DNA from: a bacterium UBP13_UBA5359
Lineage (GTDB): Bacteria; UBP13; UBA5359
Assembly (NCBI GenBank): GCA_002410925.1
Contig: DHPR01000013.1
Span: 140,995-175,696 of the forward strand
Reading direction: 5' to 3'
Length of the DNA: 34,702 bases
Positions 28,138 through 34,702 of the stretch are shown here, in pieces (the stretch's first letter is position 1; each line of letters begins with the position of its first letter). The translations under genes were made by a program, and so were the position numbers. Under the pieces are notes generated by a model. It did not search any database. It was not told where the DNA came from and saw only the letters and a list, made by a program, of their open reading frames with translations.

Positions 28138-29150
28138 TATGTGCCAGTGCCCCGGGAAGAGCAGGTATAATAGGCAACCCTACGGATGGATATGGAGGAA
28201 CCCTGATTTCCTGCGCCATAGATCGCCGGGCTAAAGTCACGCTGGCTGAAGCTGAAAAGACTGTTATCGAGAATGAAGGCCTGCAGTGTGCGTTGCATAT
28301 ACCGGATGATTACCGTAACAGGGGCGATGCCTTTGATATTGCCAGATCCGTGTTGCGTTTTTTCAACCTTTATGATAGAAAGCTGCATATAACCATCACC
28401 ACCGATATTCCGAAGCAGGCGGGGTTGGCCGGCTCTACAGCCGTCTTATCGGCTCTTCTCAGAGCCGTAATGGCTTATCTGGATATCAAAATCAATAATT
28501 ACATGTTTGCAGAGATAAATAGATTTGTAGAACTCAACCACATGAAGATGCAGTGCGGTTATCAGGATGCTTATATGACTACTTTCGGCGGGTTGAACTA
28601 TCTGGATTTTCGCGGCAAGGAGCATTACCGTGAATGGGATGAGGAGGATTACGGTACGGTTGAGCCTTTGGGTGAAAGGGTTGGACGGCTGCCCTTTGTT
28701 ATTGCCCATACCGGAGTCAGCCATGTCTCCGGAGATGTGCATCGTCCCTTGCGTGAGCGCTGGATGGAGGGTGATCCGGCCGTAATGAGTGCGTATAACA
28801 GAATTGCGGCTATAGCACGCGAGGGTAAGAAAGCCTTGCTGGAAGAGAATTGGGAACGCCTGGCAGAGCTCATGACAGAGAATCATGAGCTGCAGGATAG
28901 GCTGAGCCCGTCAGGGCAGGAGGTTGCGCGGCTGATAATTGCAGCCATGAATGCCGGCGCTTCAGCCGCAAAGCTGGCCGGAGCCGGCGGAGGGGGCACG
29001 GTTATAGCTCTTACCTTTGATGCGGAGAGAACGCTTGCCGCTATGTCTGAGGCAGGAGCGGCTGAATTTGTTGGGCTGGCTCCTCTGGCTGAGGGAGCGG
29101 TACTTGTAAGCAAGGATACTGATTATTCCATATTTAGCGCCTTAGGCTAA
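28134..29150 (+). CDS. GHMP-family sugar kinase, glucuronokinase-like
   Basis: APGRAGIIGNPTD (motif I), IPKQAGLAGSTA (motif II), CGYQD, AKLAGAGGGG (motif III). Start overlaps the galU stop (ATGA). Confidence 0.88.
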   Translation: MICASAPGRAGIIGNPTDGYGGTLISCAIDRRAKVTLAEAEKTVIENEGLQCALHIPDDYRNRGDAFDIARSVLRFFNLYDRKLHITITTDIPKQAGLAGSTAVLSALLRAVMAYLDIKINNYMFAEINRFVELNHMKMQCGYQDAYMTTFGGLNYLDFRGKEHYREWDEEDYGTVEPLGERVGRLPFVIAHTGVSHVSGDVHRPLRERWMEGDPAVMSAYNRIAAIAREGKKALLEENWERLAELMTENHELQDRLSPSGQEVARLIIAAMNAGASAAKLAGAGGGGTVIALTFDAERTLAAMSEAGAAEFVGLAPLAEGAVLVSKDTDYSIFSALG

Positions 29151-29163
29151 CTTCCACTTGTCA

Positions 29164-29192
29164 TTGGTATGCCTGATACATAATGGTATAAT
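29164..29192 (+). promoter_or_regulatory. Putative sigma-70 promoter with extended -10
   Basis: TTGGTA (29164-29169), 17-bp spacer, TATAAT (29187-29192) preceded by TGn; SD GGGAGG downstream before the next gene. Confidence 0.65.
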
Positions 29193-29215
29193 CTGTCAGG
29201 GGGAGGCGGATACTA

Positions 29216-31021
29216 TTGGTGGCCAAAACAAAAGAGCGTGAATCTGCTTTTGCAGGCTTGCAGAATATGCAAGGGCATGATAAAGCATCTACGCTGGATA
29301 CATTGCTCTCTCCGCGCGCCAGAAAACTGATCATCCTTATCTTAACTTTATTTCCCGCTGTGACCGTTTTCTTTTTTATAAAATCCTTTGGAGCCAATGT
29401 GGCCTTTGGTGATCAATGGGATTTTGTTCCCTTTCTGGAGAAGATGTTTACCGGTCACCTGAGTTTCAGTGATTTCTTTGCTCAGCATAATGAGCACCGT
29501 CTGATATTACCTCGCGCCGTAATGGCTCTTCTGGCCTTGCTGACACATTACAATAATGTGGCAGAGATGTATTTCGGTTTATTTGTTATGTGCCTGACAG
29601 GATATATATTCTTCCTTATCTACAGGCGGGCGTTAGGAGTGAGTGAAGCCGCTCTTTGGGCATTTATTCCCATCAGCCTCCTTGTTTTCAGCTTGAAGCA
29701 GAGCGGCAATATTCTTTGGGGCTGGCAAATTCAAATATTCATGCTGACGTTCTTCTTTTTGGCAACGGTATATTTAATAGATACGCTCGACGGCTCCTGG
29801 AAACGTTTACTGCTGGCTGTTGCTTCTGCCATAGGAACAACATTCTCCTTTGCCAATGGTATGCTGGCCTGGCCTGTCTGCCTGTTGCAATTATTGCTGG
29901 AAGGCAGATCTGCTGAAGCAGAGAGGAAGGGATTTTATTATAAAGCAGCGTTAATCTGGGGTCTTGCTAGCGTTGCTGTTTGCCTGGTATATTTTCATGG
30001 CTATGTCAAGCCAACGCAACATCCCAGTTTACTGGCTGTTCTGCAAAACCCTTTTGATTTCATCAGCTATGTTCTGGGCTCTGTAGGAGTGCCTCTGGCT
30101 ATAGGGACATTTGTCCTTCCTATCGGTGCGGTATTATTATTGGGTTATCTATTCCTGATACCGTATTACTTTAAATCTTACTCTGCATCAAGGACACGAA
30201 TCGTATTACCTTTGATTCTCTTTTCTCTGATCTCATCACTGGTTATGGCCGTAGGCAGATCGGGTTTTGGGCCTGAACAGGCTCTGGCTTCACGCTATAT
30301 TACCATAACGTATATAGGCATAGCCGGATTGTATATGGCGCTCTTTTCGCTTGTAAGAGAGAAGAAGCGTTTCAGTTCTTTTGCTTACAGCCTTTTTCTT
30401 TTATATATTATATTGAGCATGGCTATAGGGTATAATACTACGCTTAAAATCATTGCGGCAGAAACTGCGAACAGAGATTTGCTCTCCTATTGTATGAAGA
30501 ATTATCGCTACCAAAGCGATAGTATGCTTACGGTATGCTGTTCAATACCAGGGGCTGTTATATCCAGGGCTCCCATTTTGGAGCAATACCATCTTAACGT
30601 ATTTAATGAACCCTTTGTTGAGTTGCCTGAAATATGTAATGGCTCTGCCGGCTTGTTCTGCGCAGATACCTTTAATGATCGCTCTCTTACTGATATAGGT
30701 AAGGATGTGCTTATCGTTGATGAAGATATCGAAAATATACAGATAATCGGCTGGGCTATAGATGAAAAGATGTGCAGCTATGCCGGCGGGGTTTATGTGA
30801 CAATTGACGACCGTATTGATATACCTGCATTGTACGGACGGTATAGAGAGGATGTAGCGCAAGCGCTTGGTGATAAAAATTATGCTTGCTCCGGTTTTGT
30901 GGCGTTATTCTCCTCAAAAGTAGCGGGCAAGGGCAGGCACACATTATCCTTTAAGGTTATCGGGGCTGACGGGAAGGGATATTATGTGCCGAAGAAGAAG
31001 ATTATGGTGGATATCTTGTAA
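29216..31021 (+). CDS. Polytopic membrane protein, putative GT-C-like transferase with a C-terminal soluble beta-rich domain
   Basis: First TM helix followed by GDQWD and AQHNEHR in the first external loop, about ten further TM segments, an SRY motif, then a soluble domain with GWAID..REDVA..SGF. Start TTG 29216 or GTG 29219. Function is inference. Confidence 0.65.
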   Translation: MVAKTKERESAFAGLQNMQGHDKASTLDTLLSPRARKLIILILTLFPAVTVFFFIKSFGANVAFGDQWDFVPFLEKMFTGHLSFSDFFAQHNEHRLILPRAVMALLALLTHYNNVAEMYFGLFVMCLTGYIFFLIYRRALGVSEAALWAFIPISLLVFSLKQSGNILWGWQIQIFMLTFFFLATVYLIDTLDGSWKRLLLAVASAIGTTFSFANGMLAWPVCLLQLLLEGRSAEAERKGFYYKAALIWGLASVAVCLVYFHGYVKPTQHPSLLAVLQNPFDFISYVLGSVGVPLAIGTFVLPIGAVLLLGYLFLIPYYFKSYSASRTRIVLPLILFSLISSLVMAVGRSGFGPEQALASRYITITYIGIAGLYMALFSLVREKKRFSSFAYSLFLLYIILSMAIGYNTTLKIIAAETANRDLLSYCMKNYRYQSDSMLTVCCSIPGAVISRAPILEQYHLNVFNEPFVELPEICNGSAGLFCADTFNDRSLTDIGKDVLIVDEDIENIQIIGWAIDEKMCSYAGGVYVTIDDRIDIPALYGRYREDVAQALGDKNYACSGFVALFSSKVAGKGRHTLSFKVIGADGKGYYVPKKKIMVDIL

Positions 31022-31069
31022 TATATGGCCGGTAATATAATATAAGAATGAACAGATTTTTGTACGAGG

Positions 31070-32470
31070 ATGTATAACATGAAAATCGCTTGTAAGCGAT
31101 TGATAGATTTAGGTCTTGCAGTAAAGGAAACAATATACGGTTCCAGAAAAGGCATAGAAGATACGGCGGTTTCTCTTTTACCACAAATTGCATTACTTTT
31201 TGCTAATTTTGTTATTGCTGTGCTCATTGCACGCGGGCTGGGTCCTGATGGTATGGGGAAGTACGCTTTGATTCTTAGCGTTTCAGGGATGGCTACTGTA
31301 TTATCCGATCTTGGCATTGGGCAAACTGCTATTAGATTTGCAGCAAGAGCTGTAGCGATTGGTGATACGGAACAGCAACATGCGGTTTTGCGCTGGGCTT
31401 TCAAATGCAGGTTGTTACTAACTATATTAATTATAAGTATTGTTTATTTGTTATCTCCTACCATTGCTAATAAATTATGGCATGATAGCTCCCTTATTGT
31501 ATTGCTGCGCATGAGTCTTCTCACTTGCGTCTTTGCAGCAATTTCTGCTATCCCGGTCATCTATTTTCAATCGATCAGGCGTTTCAAGATGAATGCAGCT
31601 ATATCTATAGGGCAAGCGGTGTTTCTTTTAGTTGCTGTAGTATCTGTAGCCATAGCTGGTAAGTGGTCTTTGGAAATGCTTGTAGCTCTTAATATCATTG
31701 CAACAGCTATAGGCTCATTATTCTTTCTAGCCTTTATTCCTAAAACCGCAATTTTTAGTAAGAGTGATGCTGGCAGATTCTTTGCTGTTAACAGTAAGCC
31801 CGTGTGTATGCCTGAGAAAGGAACGGAAGATTGGCTAAGTAGTGATGATTTAGGTATAAATTCTTTTGCTTTTTATATGTTGCTATCCTCTGTTTTTGTT
31901 GCTCTTATAACGAGGATAGATCTGTGGCTTATGGGAATTTATTTGCCGAAGGATCAAATAGGCATATATGCGGTTGCTTCACGTTTATTTATACCATTAG
32001 CCATGGCATTAACAGCTTTAAATACAGCTCTTTGGCCTAGATCTTCTTCATTATCGGATATAAAAAGCGCACTCAGGCTTTTGAAAAGTATCTTCAGGCT
32101 GAGCCTGATAGTTGCTGCAGGAGGAGTGATATACTCCTTAATAGCTCCATTATTTATGCCTTGCTTTTTTGGTGCTGATTATGAAAGCGGAATTTTAGTT
32201 GCACAAATTCTCTGCATGCGATATTGCTTTGCGATATTGCTTTGTCCTCTTGGAGTTATAGGGTATAGCTTTGGTTTTGTTAAAAGCTATTGGTGGGTTA
32301 ATCTTATTCAGTTAATAGCTGTATTTAGTGTTAATATAGTGTTGTTGCCCAGGGTGGGTATTATTGGAGCAGCTATAGCATTGGTAATTAATGAAATAAT
32401 TGGTATGATAATTATCGGGAGTATGCTAAGAAGTAGGATAGTATCTCTAAGAGGAGCGACTGAATGGTAG
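31070..32470 (+). CDS. wzx: Second Wzx-type flippase
   Basis: IARGLGPDGMGKY, DLGIG, RIDLWLMG..IGIYAVASR, LLPRVGIIGAAIA; multi-TM. Confidence 0.88.
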   Translation: MYNMKIACKRLIDLGLAVKETIYGSRKGIEDTAVSLLPQIALLFANFVIAVLIARGLGPDGMGKYALILSVSGMATVLSDLGIGQTAIRFAARAVAIGDTEQQHAVLRWAFKCRLLLTILIISIVYLLSPTIANKLWHDSSLIVLLRMSLLTCVFAAISAIPVIYFQSIRRFKMNAAISIGQAVFLLVAVVSVAIAGKWSLEMLVALNIIATAIGSLFFLAFIPKTAIFSKSDAGRFFAVNSKPVCMPEKGTEDWLSSDDLGINSFAFYMLLSSVFVALITRIDLWLMGIYLPKDQIGIYAVASRLFIPLAMALTALNTALWPRSSSLSDIKSALRLLKSIFRLSLIVAAGGVIYSLIAPLFMPCFFGADYESGILVAQILCMRYCFAILLCPLGVIGYSFGFVKSYWWVNLIQLIAVFSVNIVLLPRVGIIGAAIALVINEIIGMIIIGSMLRSRIVSLRGATEW

Positions 32471-33210
32471 ATGACATCGGAAGCATAAAAGGTGAGATCG
32501 TTTCTATTTGGGATAAAGTTTCTGAGCATTATCAATGGGAAAGATATTGGGAATGTAATGAAAATCATGCTAATCTATCAGCCATTTTATCTCATATTGG
32601 TAATCCAAAGGGCAAGTATATCATTGAAGTAGGATGCGGTAGCGGCTTTACAACTATTGCTCTTGCCCAAAGAGGTGCAGAATGTTCTCTATTAGATATT
32701 TCACAGCAAGCTCTGAATACGGCAGTTTCTGCTTTCAGATCCGTTGGTCTATACACGCCAAAACACTATCTTGCTGATGCTTTAAATACTCGGCTCCCTT
32801 CTAGCGCCTTTGATGTTGTTTGGAATGGTGGAGTGATTGAGCATTTCAATAATTATGAGAAAGAATTGTTGCTTAAGGAGATGTTGCGTATTACTAAGCC
32901 AGGCGGAAAGGTAATTGTTCTTGTTCCTAATTCTTGGTGTTGGCAGTTCAGATTATTGCAAGTATATAAAAAATGGAGAGGAAGCTGGGAATACGGATAT
33001 GAGGATGATATGAGTCCGCGACGGTTAACAAAATTATGCGAAAGAATGAAAATAAATAATTTCATTGCTTATGCTTTTAATCCTATTTTAGGTTGGTTAT
33101 ACTTTTCAAAAATCAGGTGGTTAATACAAAAACTTGGTCTAGATACATTAGAATTGCATTCTCGCCAATCTAAATGGGGGTTTATATCCCTATTGATTAT
33201 TGAAAAATAA
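32464..33210 (+). CDS. Class I SAM-dependent methyltransferase
   Basis: IIEVGCGSG, LLDIS, FDVVWNGGVIEHF, LRITKPGG..VPN. Confidence 0.92.
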   Translation: MVDDIGSIKGEIVSIWDKVSEHYQWERYWECNENHANLSAILSHIGNPKGKYIIEVGCGSGFTTIALAQRGAECSLLDISQQALNTAVSAFRSVGLYTPKHYLADALNTRLPSSAFDVVWNGGVIEHFNNYEKELLLKEMLRITKPGGKVIVLVPNSWCWQFRLLQVYKKWRGSWEYGYEDDMSPRRLTKLCERMKINNFIAYAFNPILGWLYFSKIRWLIQKLGLDTLELHSRQSKWGFISLLIIEK

Positions 33211-33362
33211 TATTACTCCTTTTATATTATCATCGTGTTACGTGTTATCATGCAGAAGTCTAAAAGCCTTGATTATTTATTAAGTATCCTTTAGTTAACT
33301 TAATTAAAAGATGCGAAAGCGAATGGAAATGCTTTTAACGAGGATAGAAAAGAAATAACGCT

Positions 33363-34106
33363 ATGATAGATTACTTAATTACAAAATATCTTAAAGGGTA
33401 TACGGCTAAGAGTATATTAGACATAGGCCCTGGATATGCAAATTTTAGCCTAGCAGCTGCAAGGGTTACGAGAGCAGATCAGATTACCTATATAGATTGC
33501 GATTTATCTGTTTTAAACTGGCAAATAACTGAATGCCAAAAAGAAGGTTTGGAGGCAAAATCAATCCTAATGCTACTTAGCAGAGAGAGTATTCAGAATC
33601 TAGAAGATAAATACGATCTTATTCTTTGCCAAGAGGTGTTAGAGCACCTAAATGATGCTGAAGATGTTTTATTTGCATTAACTCAACGCTTATCAGATCG
33701 CGGAAAAATAATTATTACTGTTCCAACGAAAGCTTCAGAGAAATGGCTAAGATTTCTAAATCCGAATTATATGAAGAAAGGTTCGTTTTGTGGACATGTA
33801 CGAGATATAGATCGCAGTGATTTACTCCGAATATTGGATAGCGCGGGATTGATACCGCTTATAATTTTATCAACACAACCACATTATTTTATTTTTCATA
33901 CGTGGCTTTTTGCAATGCGTGCACCAGTAGATGCGGCAACTGGCAGATTGTTATCTACTGGTATCAGAACTAAAATAGGCATTAAACTTTTGTTGATTAC
34001 CAAGAAGCTTTTCATGATGACGAATATGCATTGGTGGGGGAAACGTCTTCCGCGAAATTATTTTGTGATAGCACAGAAAAAACGTATCAAACGAGGTGTA
34101 ATTTAA
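33363..34106 (+). CDS. Class I SAM-dependent methyltransferase
   Basis: ILDIGPGYA, YID, YDLILCQEVLEHL, GKIIITVP, GHVR. Confidence 0.9.
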   Translation: MIDYLITKYLKGYTAKSILDIGPGYANFSLAAARVTRADQITYIDCDLSVLNWQITECQKEGLEAKSILMLLSRESIQNLEDKYDLILCQEVLEHLNDAEDVLFALTQRLSDRGKIIITVPTKASEKWLRFLNPNYMKKGSFCGHVRDIDRSDLLRILDSAGLIPLIILSTQPHYFIFHTWLFAMRAPVDAATGRLLSTGIRTKIGIKLLLITKKLFMMTNMHWWGKRLPRNYFVIAQKKRIKRGVI

Positions 34107-34108
34107 AA

Positions 34109-34696
34109 TTGCATATAGCTGAACTAACATATAGGGGTCCAATGGCCATAGGCGGCGTTGAAACAAATGTTCTTGAAGTTGCTAAACGATTTGTAAATGC
34201 TGGTAATAAGGTCGAGATAATATCCTCGGATTTACTAAACTTTGAGGGATTGAAAGATGATAAACGACGCTTTGATTTAGACGGAATTTCCGTAAGAAAG
34301 CTTTATTCCTTACGAAGTCCACGTAACTTTCTTGACCCTCACCATCTAATTATACCGGAATTGCCCATGGCTTTGATAAGATTAGGTAAAAGAACGATTC
34401 TTCATGTTCGCTCATTCCCAGCTTTTCACTCTTACATGGCAATGTCTCTAGGACATATGTTCGAGTGCATAGTATTTACACCTCACTTTGATATTAAAGA
34501 TATGCGAGGATGTGCTCAGAGCTTCAGTGGTAGAATGGCATTCAATAAATTGCGAAAACTGCTCTTGACCAAAGAAAAAGCTTTTATTACAGCCGATACT
34601 GAACTGGAAAAAGACGCATATATTAATGAGATTAATATGCCATTTAATAAAGTTGCGCATATCCCTAATGGAGTTAATCTAGGAGGCCAGTGCTAA
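34109..34696 (+). pseudogene. Glycosyltransferase family 4, N-terminal domain only (prematurely terminated)
   Basis: IGGVETNV..A..GNKVEI, VFTPHF and HIPNGV, then GGQC* with no C-terminal Rossmann domain. Likely TTG start at 34109 after SD GAGGTG. What lies beyond the window edge cannot be seen. Confidence 0.7.
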
Positions 34697-34702
34697 ACCT
34701 CC

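Noticed and set aside
28134-29150. Galactokinase (galK) or heptose-7-phosphate kinase (hddA)
   Set aside because: Lacks the GEHTDY (GalK) and GGGTD (HddA) motif-I signatures and has GNPTD instead; no galT or gmhA/gmhB neighbours.
20168-33065. Numerous short minus-strand and alternate-frame ORFs over the nucleotide-sugar and downstream genes
   Set aside because: All overlap well-supported plus-strand genes and show no family motifs.

Overview
The window is part of a large, mosaic bacterial surface-polysaccharide (capsule/EPS) locus of the Wzx/Wzy type, with nearly all genes on the + strand. Four blocks can be distinguished. (1) About 1-3550, more GC-rich by eye: a Wza-like SLBB export protein and a Wzc tyrosine autokinase, separated by an intergenic region with heptamer tandem repeats. 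(2) About 3550-19970, more AT-rich: the serotype-specific block, encoding an initiating sugar transferase, polysaccharide deacetylase, ATP-grasp ligase, SDR epimerase, GNAT, glycosyltransferases, Wzy, a pyruvyltransferase-4Fe4S-FrhB fusion and Wzx. It is interspersed with decayed genes: two aminotransferase remnants, a truncated SDR, a second FrhB-type gene split by an IS1634 remnant, and wecB. (3) About 19990-29150: nucleotide-sugar genes fnlABC, uge, galE, a VanZ-family gene, gmd, and a galU-like gene translationally coupled to a GHMP kinase that carries plant glucuronokinase-like motifs. (4) From about 29160: a probable separate unit with its own promoter, encoding a GT-C-like membrane protein, a second flippase, two SAM methyltransferases and a GT4 gene cut short at the window edge. 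The most promising novel items are a candidate bacterial glucuronate salvage pathway (kinase plus pyrophosphorylase feeding Uge), the pyruvyltransferase-FrhB fusion (possible lactyl-ether synthase), and the opposed heptamer repeat arms upstream of wzc. All family calls come from motif reading by eye; no searches or computations were run.
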